NCBI GenBank assembly: GCA_041809245.1
Contig: JBGXMX010000194.1
Location: 1 to 46,685 of the forward strand
Direction: 5' to 3'
Length of the DNA stretch: 46,685 nt
From: Glaesserella sp.
GTDB lineage: Bacteria > Pseudomonadota > Gammaproteobacteria > Enterobacterales > Pasteurellaceae
In this document: positions 9,136-19,527 of the stretch, piece after piece
Layout of the letters: each line of letters begins with the position of its first letter
How positions within the stretch are numbered: the first letter of the stretch is position 1
The notes under the pieces: model-generated
Told to the model about the DNA's origin: nothing
The model's database searches: none
Seen by the model: only the letters and a program-made list of their open reading frames with translations
Made by a program: the position numbers and the translations under genes

Positions 9136-10164
9136 ATGAAATCAACAAAGTTTTTTGTATCCGCATTAGCCTTAGCCCTTTCAACTTCTGTTTTTGCCAG
9201 CGATAAAGTGGTCTTGAAAATAGGACATTTTCTTCCTGCGGTATCAACAATGCACAGTAAAGTGATCGAACCTTGGTGTAAGGATTTAAATGAACAATCA
9301 CAAGGGCGAATCGAATGTCAGCTCTATCCTTCAAACCAATTGGGCGGGACGCCTGCACAGCTCATTGACCAAGTACGTAATGGTGTAGCCGATATTGTTT
9401 GGACGGCTCCGGGCTATTCCACCGGGCGTTTTAAAATCATTGAGGGGTTAGAAACGCCGTTATTACTGCCGAATGCGGATGTAGGAAATAAAGTTGCTTG
9501 GCAATACTTTGAAAAATATGCCAAGGATACGGAATTTAAACCTTTCAAAATGCTTGCACTGCATACTGACGGCGGCGTGACTTTCCATTCCAATAAGCCG
9601 ATTAATCAAGTTGAAGATCTTAAAGGCACCAAATTGCGTACCCCTACGCGTTTGGCATCTCAAATTATGCAAGCCTTAGGCGGTTCTGCCATTGCGATTC
9701 CACCGGCTCAAGTGGCGGAAAGTGTCTCAAAAGGTGTGGTAGACGGTGCGATGGGGGCGTGGGAAGTTGTACCGCCGTCTAAATTAGATGAAGTGACCAA
9801 ATATCACGTTATGCCAACCGCAGGCGAGCCGTTCCCAACCGTCACTGTGCTGATGTTAGTGATGAATCAGCAAAAATATGACCGTTTACCGAATGATTTA
9901 AAACAGATTATTGATAACAACTCCGGGACGGTATTAGGCGAGCGTATTGCTAAAGCATGGAAAATTGCCGAAGACGATGCTCGTCAGCGCGTCTTAGCCA
10001 ATAAAGGGGTGATTACAGAGTTTGGGGCGGATCAAACAGAAAAAATGCGTCAGCTTACTCAGCAGATTAGCCAAAACTGGATTGCCGAAATGGATAAGCA
10101 AGGCAGAGACGGCAAAGGGATGTTAGCCGATTTACAGCAAATGATTAAACATCATAGTCAGTAA
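9136..10164 (+). CDS. dctP: TRAP transporter substrate-binding protein (DctP family)
   Basis: Signal peptide, YPSNQLGG, DLKGTKLRTP with conserved Arg, KGVVDG; ATG 9136 after AAGGAG. Confidence 0.92.
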   Translation: MKSTKFFVSALALALSTSVFASDKVVLKIGHFLPAVSTMHSKVIEPWCKDLNEQSQGRIECQLYPSNQLGGTPAQLIDQVRNGVADIVWTAPGYSTGRFKIIEGLETPLLLPNADVGNKVAWQYFEKYAKDTEFKPFKMLALHTDGGVTFHSNKPINQVEDLKGTKLRTPTRLASQIMQALGGSAIAIPPAQVAESVSKGVVDGAMGAWEVVPPSKLDEVTKYHVMPTAGEPFPTVTVLMLVMNQQKYDRLPNDLKQIIDNNSGTVLGERIAKAWKIAEDDARQRVLANKGVITEFGADQTEKMRQLTQQISQNWIAEMDKQGRDGKGMLADLQQMIKHHSQ

Positions 10165-10186
10165 TCATTGCTGATAGGAGAATCAA

Positions 10187-10714
10187 ATGAGTGAATCTCT
10201 ACATACAATTGCGATTCCACCCAAAGTTTCTCGCTCAACAATAGGTATAGGGTTATTCCATCTGTCTAAACTGATGGCAATTATAGGAGGAGTAATGTTC
10301 CTCCTATTAATCGCAATGTCTTGTTACTCTTTGGTTGGGCGTAAATTAGGCGGGACGGGCGTTATCGGTGATATTGAAATTATGCAAATGGGTTGTGCCG
10401 TTGCGTCTTCACTGTTCTTACCATTCTGTACCTTGATGGCAGAACACCTCAAAGTCGATTTTTTTACCCTTAAATTGCCTGTGCATTGGCGAAATAAACT
10501 GGATGCTTTGGCAGATCTTTTACTCTTTTTCGTTGCGTTATTACTGGTTTGGCGAATCAGTCTGCAAACCGCCGATCTTAAAGAGTACGGTGAGGTGAGT
10601 ACGTTACTCTCTTTCCCAATGTGGGTACCGAATTTATTGATTCTTCCCGGTTTTTTGGTGATGGGTTGCTGCTCTCTCTACTATTTTATGATTAATTTGA
10701 CTGCGAGGGATTAA
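10187..10714 (+). CDS. dctQ: TRAP transporter small permease (DctQ family)
   Basis: 175 aa, four TM segments, HLKVDFF motif, between dctP and dctM. Confidence 0.9.
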   Translation: MSESLHTIAIPPKVSRSTIGIGLFHLSKLMAIIGGVMFLLLIAMSCYSLVGRKLGGTGVIGDIEIMQMGCAVASSLFLPFCTLMAEHLKVDFFTLKLPVHWRNKLDALADLLLFFVALLLVWRISLQTADLKEYGEVSTLLSFPMWVPNLLILPGFLVMGCCSLYYFMINLTARD

Positions 10715-10717
10715 AAG

Positions 10718-12046
10718 ATGATGTCTGGTTTAGAGATGGGAATCACAGGATTTTTAATCCTTCTGACCTTGTTGCTGATTCGTGTACATATCAGTATCTC
10801 AATGTTTTTAGCCGCAGCGGGGTTGTATATCTATTTAGGGCAGGGCGATCTCAATAATTTAATGTATACCTTAAACGGTTTAGCGTATGCCCGTTTGTCT
10901 AATTACGATTTGGCCGTAGTACCGCTGTTTATTTTAATGGGGCAGTTTGCTTCAAACGGTGGACTTTCAAAATCTTTGTTCCAAGCGGCAAGTAGCTTTA
11001 TCGGGCATTGGCGGGGCGGTTTGGCGATGGCGGCGACCGGTAGCTGTGCCGCATTCGGAGCGATTTGCGGCTCGTCATTGGCTACGGCTGCAACAATGGG
11101 GCAAGTCGCCATTCCGGAATTAAAGAAACATAACTATTCGGGAAAATTAAGTACCGCAACATTAGCGGCCGGCGGGACTCTTGGGATCTTAATTCCACCT
11201 TCGGTTCCTTTGATTATTTATGCGGTTTTGACTCAAGAATCTATCGGTAAATTGTTCGTAGCGGCAATTGTTCCGGGCATTATTGCATTACTTGGCTATA
11301 TTGCGGTAATTAAAATTTTAGTCACACTTCGTCCGGAAGCCGGACCGACATCCGAAAAAGTGCCGTTTGCTCAAGCATTGAGATCTCAAGTGAAGGTATT
11401 GCCGATTTTTATCGTCTTTTTAGTTGTCATCATCAGTATTTACGGTGGGTGGGCAAACCCAACGGAGTCTGCTTCTATTGGTGCGGCAGCTTGTGGAATC
11501 ATCGCTTGGCTTTCGGGCGATTTGAGATGGCACGGAGTCATTAACAGTATTCTTCAAACAGCGATTTCCAGTGCAATGATCTTTATGGTGTTAATCGGTG
11601 CCGATTTACTCAACTCTGCACTAGCACTGACCCAAATGCCGAATCAACTGGCCGATTGGGTTGTTGCACAGCAATTTGCACCGCTTTTTGTCCTGTTTTG
11701 TATCATTTTCATCTATTTGGTGCTGGGCTGTGTGATGGATTCTTTAGCGATGATCTTACTCACTATTCCTATTTTCTACCCGATTATTCTCGGTTTAGAT
11801 TTCTGGGGTATGTCGGCGCAAGATAAAACCATTTGGTTCGGTATTGTGGCATTGATGGTGGTAGAAATCGGGCTTATCACTCCCCCTGTTGGGATGAATC
11901 TTTTTATTATCAATAAAATGGATAAAGAAACCCCGTTGTTATCAACCTCTAAATGGGTATTGCCATTCATTGCATCGGATCTGATTCGTATCGTATTGGT
12001 GGCATGTGTACCGGCAGTTACTTTGGGATTAGTCCATCTACTTTAA
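10718..12046 (+). CDS. dctM: TRAP transporter large permease (DctM family)
   Basis: VPLFILMG, GSSLATAA, GTLGILIPPS, GLITPPVGMNLF. Confidence 0.95.
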   Translation: MMSGLEMGITGFLILLTLLLIRVHISISMFLAAAGLYIYLGQGDLNNLMYTLNGLAYARLSNYDLAVVPLFILMGQFASNGGLSKSLFQAASSFIGHWRGGLAMAATGSCAAFGAICGSSLATAATMGQVAIPELKKHNYSGKLSTATLAAGGTLGILIPPSVPLIIYAVLTQESIGKLFVAAIVPGIIALLGYIAVIKILVTLRPEAGPTSEKVPFAQALRSQVKVLPIFIVFLVVIISIYGGWANPTESASIGAAACGIIAWLSGDLRWHGVINSILQTAISSAMIFMVLIGADLLNSALALTQMPNQLADWVVAQQFAPLFVLFCIIFIYLVLGCVMDSLAMILLTIPIFYPIILGLDFWGMSAQDKTIWFGIVALMVVEIGLITPPVGMNLFIINKMDKETPLLSTSKWVLPFIASDLIRIVLVACVPAVTLGLVHLL

Positions 12047-12066
12047 CGAGGAATATGGAGAAAATT

Positions 12067-12735
12067 ATGTCTATCTCTCTTGCAAAACAAATTACACAAT
12101 TACACGAACGTAAACCTACGGTCTTTGTCATTGCGTTAAATGCCAAAAATCTATTGGCTCAACACCAAACCACATTTGAACAAGCTCCGTATAAATCTCT
12201 ACCGGCAACACCTGTCATTTATGTTTTACCGGAAGCTACGCACAACCAAAGTGGGCGGGCTGTCACAATACCGACCAACCATACCTCGTTACGACTGGAA
12301 CCTCATCTCGGTGTGGTGTTTAACCGACAAACAAGCCGGGTAAGTGTCGAAAACGCCCTTTCATACGTGGGCGCATATCAACCGGTCGCTTTATACTCAT
12401 TACCAAATAACAGTTATTACCGCCCTGATATTGAAGGGCGTTGCCAAGAAGGTTGGTGCGTGTTAGGGCAACCGGTGAATGTCTTAGCACTATCTTCACC
12501 GGAAACCGTTGCGGTTGAAATTAATGTCAATCAACAACGTAAAAAGGCTTATATACAACCTACGATGCAACATTCTATTGCCGAGTTAATCAGTTTTTTA
12601 AGTCAATTTATTCCATTTCAAGCAGGCGATATTTTATTAACGGGAACAGATGCAAACCCCGTATTAGTAAACCAAGGGGATTGTGTCGAGGTCTCTTTTG
12701 TTGGGCTTGGATCCTTATCTAACCAAATCAATTAA
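12067..12735 (+). CDS. hpaG1: HpaG N-terminal-type subunit (FAA hydrolase family)
   Basis: VIALN, APYKSLPATPV, SYYRP resemble HpaG N-half; start at 12067 after GGAG (12055 possible). Confidence 0.82.
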   Translation: MSISLAKQITQLHERKPTVFVIALNAKNLLAQHQTTFEQAPYKSLPATPVIYVLPEATHNQSGRAVTIPTNHTSLRLEPHLGVVFNRQTSRVSVENALSYVGAYQPVALYSLPNNSYYRPDIEGRCQEGWCVLGQPVNVLALSSPETVAVEINVNQQRKKAYIQPTMQHSIAELISFLSQFIPFQAGDILLTGTDANPVLVNQGDCVEVSFVGLGSLSNQIN

Positions 12736-12745
12736 GGATATGAAG

Positions 12746-13510
12746 ATGAGTAAATATGCAAAAGTTCTATATCAAAATCAAATTCATAGCGTAGAAGTAC
12801 GAGAAGAAGGATTACTGACCCAACAAGGACAATATCTTCCGGCAGCGGCTGTCACTTGGCTTCCGCCATCCAACGGGATGATGTATGCCTTGGGGCTAAA
12901 TTATGCCGATCATGCAACGGAATTAGCGTTCCAGCCGCCGGAGAAACCGTTGGTTTTTATAAAAACTCATCATACCTATACCGGACATAATCAAACCACA
13001 TGGCGACCGGATAATGTCGAATATATGCACTATGAATGCGAGCTTGTAGTAGTAATTGGTAAAACTGCGAAAAAAGTCAGCCGTGATAAGGCTATGGATT
13101 ATGTAGCGGGTTACACCCTGTGCAATGATTATGCGATTCGAGATTATTTGGAAAACTACTATCGCCCTAATTTGCGGGTGAAAAACCGTATCGGTACCAC
13201 ACCGCTCGGTCCTTGGATTGTGGATAAGGAAGAAGTTGCAGATCCGATGAATCTAAGCTTAAAAACCTATGTCAACGGCGAACTTAAACAATCGGGCAAT
13301 ACTAAAGATATGATTTTTGATATTGGCTATCTGATCGAATATTTATCACATATCACGACATTACAGCCGGGCGATATGATTGCCACAGGAACACCTAAAG
13401 GGTTAGCAGATGTAAAAGCCGGCGATTGTGTTGAAATTGAAATAGAGCAGATCGGCAAATTAACCAACTACATCGTCAGTGAAAGTGCGTTTTTCAATCA
13501 TCAGAACTGA
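12746..13510 (+). CDS. hpaG2: HpaG C-terminal-type subunit (isomerase/decarboxylase, FAA hydrolase family)
   Basis: ALGLNYADHA, HYECEL, NDYAIRDYLENYYRPNLRVK, IATGTPKG; start after AAGGA. Confidence 0.92.
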   Translation: MSKYAKVLYQNQIHSVEVREEGLLTQQGQYLPAAAVTWLPPSNGMMYALGLNYADHATELAFQPPEKPLVFIKTHHTYTGHNQTTWRPDNVEYMHYECELVVVIGKTAKKVSRDKAMDYVAGYTLCNDYAIRDYLENYYRPNLRVKNRIGTTPLGPWIVDKEEVADPMNLSLKTYVNGELKQSGNTKDMIFDIGYLIEYLSHITTLQPGDMIATGTPKGLADVKAGDCVEIEIEQIGKLTNYIVSESAFFNHQN

Positions 13511-13530
13511 TTTTTTATAGGGAGACGAAA

Positions 13531-14997
13531 ATGAACACAATAAAACATTGGATCAACGGCAAAGAAGTTGCCGGCGAACAAACATTTGAAAATTTAAACC
13601 CGGCAACGGGAGAGGTTATCTGCCAAGTATCCTCCGGCGGTGAAGTTGAAATTAATGCTGCCGTAAAAGCTGCCAAAGAGGCTTTTCCGAAATGGTCAAA
13701 AACCCCGGCTAAAGAGCGCGCGCGCTTAATGCGTAAACTCGGCGAATTAATCGATCAAAATGTCCCAAAACTGGCGGAATTGGAAACCTTAGACACCGGT
13801 TTGCCCATTCATCAAACCAAAAATGTTTTGATCCCACGAGCCTCTCATAACTTTGAGTTCTTTGCCGAAGTCTGCACCAGAATGAACGGACATAGCTATC
13901 CGGTTGATGACAAAATGCTGAACTATACCCTCTACCAACCTGTTGGTGTATGTGGGCTGGTTTCGCCTTGGAATGTACCTTTTATGACAGCCACATGGAA
14001 AACGGCTCCGTGCTTGGCTCTCGGTAATACTGCCGTGTTAAAAATGTCAGAATTATCACCGCTTACCGCAAACGAGCTGGGACGTTTAGTGCTAGAAGCC
14101 GGAATTCCCGAAGGCGTCTTTAATGTAGTACAAGGTTATGGTGCTACCGCCGGACAGGCTTTAGTTACCCACAATGACGTACGGGCAATCTCTTTTACAG
14201 GAGGTACGGCGACGGGTAAACATATTCTAAAAAATGCAGGACTTAAAAAATACTCAATGGAACTTGGGGGGAAATCCCCGGTACTCATTTTTGATGATGC
14301 CGATTTAGAACGTGCGTTAGATGCCGCTCTCTTTACCATTTTCTCCTTAAACGGCGAACGTTGTACCGCTGGTTCACGTATTTTTATCCAAGAAACAGTT
14401 TATGACGAATTCGTTAAACAATTTGCAGAACGGGCAAAACGCTTGATTGTCGGAGATCCGCAAGATTTCAACACCCAAGTCGGTGCAATGATTACCCGCC
14501 AACATTACGATAAGGTAACAGGCTATATCCGTATCGGTATGGAAGAAGGCGCAAACTTATTGGCCGGGGGCTTAGAACGTCCGAAAAATTTACCGACACA
14601 TTTACAAAAAGGAAACTTTATTCAACCGACCGTTTTTGCCGATGTTGATAACCGCATGCGCATTGCCCAAGAAGAGATTTTCGGCCCCGTCGTCTGTTTA
14701 ATGAAATTTAAAGATGAGGCGGAAGCCCTTCGTTTGGCCAATGATGTGGAATACGGACTTGCCTCTTATATTTGGACAAAAGATATTGCCAAGGCATTAC
14801 GTTTATCTAACGGCATTGAAGCGGGAATGGTCTTTGTAAACAGTCAAAACGTACGGGATCTCAGACAGCCGTTCGGCGGCATCAAAGCATCAGGTATCGG
14901 GCGTGAAGGCGGTGAATACAGCTATGAAGTCTTCGCTGAAATTAAAAATGTGTGCGTATCCATGCACGATCACCACATACCTCGCTGGGGACTCTAG
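13531..14997 (+). CDS. hpaE: 5-carboxymethyl-2-hydroxymuconate semialdehyde dehydrogenase
   Basis: ALDH motifs PWNVP, ELGGKSP, NGERCTAGSR; HHIPRWG C-terminus. Confidence 0.97.
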   Translation: MNTIKHWINGKEVAGEQTFENLNPATGEVICQVSSGGEVEINAAVKAAKEAFPKWSKTPAKERARLMRKLGELIDQNVPKLAELETLDTGLPIHQTKNVLIPRASHNFEFFAEVCTRMNGHSYPVDDKMLNYTLYQPVGVCGLVSPWNVPFMTATWKTAPCLALGNTAVLKMSELSPLTANELGRLVLEAGIPEGVFNVVQGYGATAGQALVTHNDVRAISFTGGTATGKHILKNAGLKKYSMELGGKSPVLIFDDADLERALDAALFTIFSLNGERCTAGSRIFIQETVYDEFVKQFAERAKRLIVGDPQDFNTQVGAMITRQHYDKVTGYIRIGMEEGANLLAGGLERPKNLPTHLQKGNFIQPTVFADVDNRMRIAQEEIFGPVVCLMKFKDEAEALRLANDVEYGLASYIWTKDIAKALRLSNGIEAGMVFVNSQNVRDLRQPFGGIKASGIGREGGEYSYEVFAEIKNVCVSMHDHHIPRWGL

Positions 14998-15015
14998 TCA
15001 AATAGGAGACATCAT

Positions 15016-15870
15016 ATGGGAAAATTAGCTTTAGCTGCCAAAATTACACACGTACCTTCAATGTATTTATCCGAACTGCCGGGTAAACACTACGGCTGTC
15101 GGACTTCAGCAATTGAAGGGCATAAAGAAATCAGCCGCCGCTGTCGTGAAGCAGGGGTTGATACCATTATCGTATTTGATACCCATTGGTTGGTAAACAG
15201 CGCATACCATATCAACTGTTGCGACCACTTTTCCGGCGTTTATACCAGTAACGAGCTACCGCACTTTATTCGTGACATTACCTTTGACTACGACGGTAAT
15301 CCTGCATTAGGTCACCTGATTGTCGATAAAGCCGTTGCCAAAGGCGTAAGAGCGCAGGCTCACGAAATTCAAAGCCTAAAACTAGAGTACGGCACACTGG
15401 TACCAATGCGTTATATGAATGAAGATAAAGCTTTCAAAGTCATCTCCATCTCCGCATTTTGTACCTCTCACTCTTTTGAAGATAGCCGTAAGTTGGGAGA
15501 GGCGGTGTTGGAAGCCATCAAAGAATATGACGGAACTGTTGCGGTATTAGCCAGCGGATCGCTTTCGCACTATTTTATTCCCGATAATCTCGCCAAAGAG
15601 GGAATGAACCGTTACACCCGAGAATTTGAACGCCAAATTGACTTACACGTAGTCGATATGTGGAAAAACGGTAATTTCAAAGATTTCTGTACGATGTTGC
15701 CTGAATATGCCGAATTCTGTCGGGGGGAAGGTGGTATGCACGATACCGTGATGTTATTGGGCATGTTAGGTTGGGACAGCTACGACAAACCCGTAGAAAT
15801 CTTAACCGATCTCTTCCCAAGCTCGGGAACGGGGCAAATTAATGCCGTATTCCCGGTAGCACATTTATAA
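15016..15870 (+). CDS. hpaD: 3,4-dihydroxyphenylacetate 2,3-dioxygenase
   Basis: MGKLALAAKITHVPSMYLSELPGK, FDTHWLVN, SSGTGQINAVFP. Confidence 0.97.
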   Translation: MGKLALAAKITHVPSMYLSELPGKHYGCRTSAIEGHKEISRRCREAGVDTIIVFDTHWLVNSAYHINCCDHFSGVYTSNELPHFIRDITFDYDGNPALGHLIVDKAVAKGVRAQAHEIQSLKLEYGTLVPMRYMNEDKAFKVISISAFCTSHSFEDSRKLGEAVLEAIKEYDGTVAVLASGSLSHYFIPDNLAKEGMNRYTREFERQIDLHVVDMWKNGNFKDFCTMLPEYAEFCRGEGGMHDTVMLLGMLGWDSYDKPVEILTDLFPSSGTGQINAVFPVAHL

Positions 15871-15952
15871 CCGCATTGGGGTAAACGATAGCGTTACCCC
15901 AATGCTACAAGCGGTCATTTCTCACAAAAAATTTGCAAACTCAGGAGATGCT

Positions 15953-16333
15953 ATGCCCCATTTTATTATTGAAGCAACGGATAACCTACGCTCAGAGATT
16001 GACTTTCAACCGCTGTTTGCAGAGATACACACCTATCTTGCCGACACGGGAATTTTTCCGTTAGGCGGTATTCGCAGCCGCGTTCACTGGGTGGATGTCT
16101 ATCGTATGGCAGACGGCAAAGAAGATGATGCCTTTATTCACATTACATTAAAAATCGGGGCGGGGCGTTCGGTAGAAACCTTAAAACCCGTTGGTGAGCA
16201 GGTTTTTAAAATATTAACCTCATTTTTTGAGCCACTTTTTGCCAAGCGCTACTTTGCACTCTCGTTTGAGATTTGCGAAATTCATGACATATTAAATTTC
16301 AAAAAAAATAATATTCACCATAGATTCAAATAA
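15953..16333 (+). CDS. hpaF: 5-carboxymethyl-2-hydroxymuconate isomerase
   Basis: MPHF start (catalytic Pro after Met removal), GIFPLGGIRSR, 126 aa, CAGGAG RBS. Confidence 0.95.
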   Translation: MPHFIIEATDNLRSEIDFQPLFAEIHTYLADTGIFPLGGIRSRVHWVDVYRMADGKEDDAFIHITLKIGAGRSVETLKPVGEQVFKILTSFFEPLFAKRYFALSFEICEIHDILNFKKNNIHHRFK

Positions 16334-16357
16334 CCAAACCGATTGACGGAGTGACCT

Positions 16358-17161
16358 ATGTTATCTCAAGATATAATTCAACAAGCTGCACAACAATTAA
16401 ATCATGCGGAAAAAACACGTACTCAAATCAGCCAGTTTTCTCTAGCCTATCCACAGATTACCATTGAAGATGCCTATGAAATCCAAAAAGCGTGGGTCGC
16501 AATGAAAATTGCTGAAGGAAGAACCCTCAAAGGGCATAAAATCGGTTTAACTTCCAAAGCTATGCAAAATAGTTCACAAATAGACGAACCGGATTACGGC
16601 GCCTTATTAGACGATATGTTTTTTGAAGAAAACGGAGAAATACCCTTTGATCGTTTTATTGTACCGAGAGTAGAAGTCGAGTTGGCTTTTATTCTGAAAA
16701 AAGAGTTAAGCGGACCAAACTGCACTATTTTTGATGTGATTGATGCGACGGATTATGTAATCCCCGCCTTAGAAATCATTGATGCCCGTATCGAGCAATT
16801 TGACCGTCACACGAAAGTCCCCCGTCGGGTATTTGACACCATTTCGGATAATGCCGCCAATGCAGGAGTGGTATTAGGCGGTAGAGCTATAAAACCGATG
16901 GATATCGATCTTCGTCGTGTTGCGGCGGTGCTGTATCGTAACGGGGTGGTAGAAGAGTCGGGCGTTTCGGCTGCGGTGCTGAATAATCCGATTAAAGGCG
17001 TTGCGTGGCTTGCGAATAAATTGCACCCTTATGGCGTAACATTAAAAGCCGGTGAAATTATTCTCGGCGGCTCGTTCACCCGCCCTGTCGCTGCCCGCCG
17101 TGGCGATACCTTCCATGTCGATTATCACGAATTAGGCAGTATTTCAATGCAGTTTGTATAG
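16358..17161 (+). CDS. hpaH: 2-oxo-hepta-3-ene-1,7-dioate hydratase
   Basis: [37 protein letters not shown]. Confidence 0.96.
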   Translation: MLSQDIIQQAAQQLNHAEKTRTQISQFSLAYPQITIEDAYEIQKAWVAMKIAEGRTLKGHKIGLTSKAMQNSSQIDEPDYGALLDDMFFEENGEIPFDRFIVPRVEVELAFILKKELSGPNCTIFDVIDATDYVIPALEIIDARIEQFDRHTKVPRRVFDTISDNAANAGVVLGGRAIKPMDIDLRRVAAVLYRNGVVEESGVSAAVLNNPIKGVAWLANKLHPYGVTLKAGEIILGGSFTRPVAARRGDTFHVDYHELGSISMQFV

Positions 17162-17169
17162 GAGAGTGT

Positions 17170-17967
17170 ATGCAAAACGCCTTTAAACAAGCCCTAAAAC
17201 ATAATCAAGCGCAAATCGGCTTATGGGTCGGATTGGCTGACGGTTATGCCTGTGAATTGGCAGCCAATGCGGGATTTGATTGGTTATTGTTAGATGCAGA
17301 ACACGCCCCAAACGATCTACGTAGCCTGCTTCATCAATTACAAACTATTGCTGCCTATCCGACAACACCGATTATCCGCCCTGTGATTGGCGAAACACAC
17401 CTGATTAAGCAGATGTTGGATATCGGTGTACAGACATTATTAATCCCAATGGTAGAATCGGCAGAGCAAGCCAAACAGCTGGTACAGGCAATTCATTACC
17501 CTCCGAAAGGTATTCGGGGGGTTGGTAGTGCGTTAGCCCGTGCGTCTCGTTGGAATAACATACCGAATTATCTACAGCAAGCCGATGAGGAGATCTGTTT
17601 GCTTGTTCAAGTAGAAAATAAAAAAGGTTTGGACAATTTAGAGGAAATCGTAAATGTAGATGGGGTTGATGGTGTCTTTATCGGCCCTGCGGATTTAAGT
17701 GCGTCATTAGGATTTTTAGGCAATCCTACACATCCCAAAGTTCAACAGACAATTGAACAGGCCATTCATACCATAACCCGAGCAGGTAAAGCGGCAGGAA
17801 TTTTGTATGCCGATGAAAAAATGGCAAAACACTATTTATCACTCGGTTGTACCTTCGTTGCCGTTGGGGTGGATACATCACTGCTTATGAACGCATTAAA
17901 AAATCTCGCACAAAAATTTAACACGGATAAATTGCCGACAGCCTCAATTGCGCCGCAAGTGTATTAA
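17170..17967 (+). CDS. hpaI: 4-hydroxy-2-oxoheptanedioate aldolase
   Basis: [34 protein letters not shown]. Confidence 0.95.
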   Translation: MQNAFKQALKHNQAQIGLWVGLADGYACELAANAGFDWLLLDAEHAPNDLRSLLHQLQTIAAYPTTPIIRPVIGETHLIKQMLDIGVQTLLIPMVESAEQAKQLVQAIHYPPKGIRGVGSALARASRWNNIPNYLQQADEEICLLVQVENKKGLDNLEEIVNVDGVDGVFIGPADLSASLGFLGNPTHPKVQQTIEQAIHTITRAGKAAGILYADEKMAKHYLSLGCTFVAVGVDTSLLMNALKNLAQKFNTDKLPTASIAPQVY

Positions 17968-17979
17968 ACGGAGCCTATT

Positions 17980-19425
17980 ATGCAAAACTTCACCCTACTC
18001 AAAACCCAAGCCTATATTGATGGTCAGTATATTAATGCTGTAGATCGTAAAACCTTCTCCGTCACCAACCCGGCGACGCTTGAAGAAATTTGCCAAGTCG
18101 CGGATTTAGGGCAAAAAGAGACGGAACAAGCCATTCTTGCCGCAGAAGTTGCACAAAAAGCGTGGGCAAAAGCACTTCCTAAAGAGCGGGCAAATATCTT
18201 ACGCCGTTGGTTTGAATTGGTGATGCAAAACCAAGAAGAATTGGCTCAAATTCTGAGTTTAGAGCAAGGTAAACCGATTGCCGAAAGTCGTGGTGAGATT
18301 GCATACGGCGCCAGTTTTATCGAATGGTTTGCAGAAGAAGCCAAGCGGATTTACGGCGATATTTTACCGTCGGATAAAACCAATCATCGGCTGATGGTGA
18401 TTAAGCAGCCGATCGGTGTCGTCGCAGCCATTACCCCGTGGAATTTCCCTAATGCCATGATTACTCGCAAAGCTGCTCCGGCTTTAGCCGCCGGCTGTGC
18501 AGTAGTTGTGAAACCCGCGGCAGAAACACCTCTATCAGCATTAGCTTTGGCAGAGCTTGCTCATCAAGCCGGCTTACCGAAAGGATTGTTAAACATTGTC
18601 ACCGGTACTGATGCCGTTGCGATTGGTAAAACGCTTACCGAAAGCCCTATCGTACGTAAAGTAACTTTCACAGGTTCTACCCGAGTCGGCAAAATTTTAA
18701 TGGAACAATCCGCTTGCACCGTGAAAAAACTCGCTTTAGAACTGGGCGGAAACGCTCCTTCTATCGTGTTTGATGATGCGGATTTGGATAATGCCGTTGA
18801 AGGCGTTTTTGCCTCGAAATTCCGTAACAGCGGACAAACTTGCGTTTGTACCAACCGTATTTACGTACAAGCGGGCATTTATGAACAATTTCTTGCAAAA
18901 TTCCAACAAAAAGTCAGCCAAATTAAACTGGGAAGCGCCAATGAAACGGGCGTGACCATGGGGCCTTTAATTAGTCAAGCTGCCGTTGATAAAGTAAACC
19001 AACATATTCACAATGCGCTAGAGCTTGGTGCGAAAGTTGTGATGGGGGGAAAAGCCAGTGAATTAGGCGGTACTTTCTTTGAACCCACCTTATTGCGCGA
19101 TGTTACCCAATCAATGCTGGTTGCCGGCGATGAAACCTTTGCTCCTTTAGCGCCGATTTTTAAATTCGAAACGGAAGAAGAAGTGATTCAGATGGCAAAT
19201 GACACCGAGTTTGGCTTAGCGTCTTATTTCTTTACTCAAGATATAAGCCGTATTTGGCGAGTGTCTGAAGCATTGGAATATGGCATGGTTGGGATTAATG
19301 AAGGATTAATCAGCAATGAAATTGCGCCTTTTGGCGGAGTAAAAGAATCCGGGCTAGGTAGAGAAGGTTCTAAATACGGGCTCGATGAGTTCTTAGAAAT
19401 GAAATATCTCTGTTTGAAAATCTAA
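17980..19425 (+). CDS. gabD: Succinate-semialdehyde dehydrogenase, GabD type
   Basis: AITPWNFPNAMITRK, ELGGNAP, FRNSGQTCVC, GREGSKYG. Confidence 0.93.
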   Translation: MQNFTLLKTQAYIDGQYINAVDRKTFSVTNPATLEEICQVADLGQKETEQAILAAEVAQKAWAKALPKERANILRRWFELVMQNQEELAQILSLEQGKPIAESRGEIAYGASFIEWFAEEAKRIYGDILPSDKTNHRLMVIKQPIGVVAAITPWNFPNAMITRKAAPALAAGCAVVVKPAAETPLSALALAELAHQAGLPKGLLNIVTGTDAVAIGKTLTESPIVRKVTFTGSTRVGKILMEQSACTVKKLALELGGNAPSIVFDDADLDNAVEGVFASKFRNSGQTCVCTNRIYVQAGIYEQFLAKFQQKVSQIKLGSANETGVTMGPLISQAAVDKVNQHIHNALELGAKVVMGGKASELGGTFFEPTLLRDVTQSMLVAGDETFAPLAPIFKFETEEEVIQMANDTEFGLASYFFTQDISRIWRVSEALEYGMVGINEGLISNEIAPFGGVKESGLGREGSKYGLDEFLEMKYLCLKI

Positions 19426-19433
19426 AAAAGCGA

Positions 19434-19480
19434 ACAAGCGGTAAATTTAAGCATAGTAATAGGTGCAAAGAACCGCTTGT
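19434..19480. repeat. Inverted USS pair between convergent gabD and rbsK
   Basis: ACAAGCGGT (19434-19442) and ACCGCTTGT (19472-19480). Confidence 0.85.
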
Positions 19481-19527
19481 ACAATATTTAGCCTATAAAG
19501 CTTTCAAAGGGGATAAAGGTTTCGTTT

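Noticed and set aside
15258-15266. Haemophilus influenzae-type USS (ACCGCACTT) in hpaD, and AAGTGCGGT in dnaK at 2871
   Set aside because: Both fall in conserved codons (LPHF, QSAV); too few to argue for a Hin-type donor.
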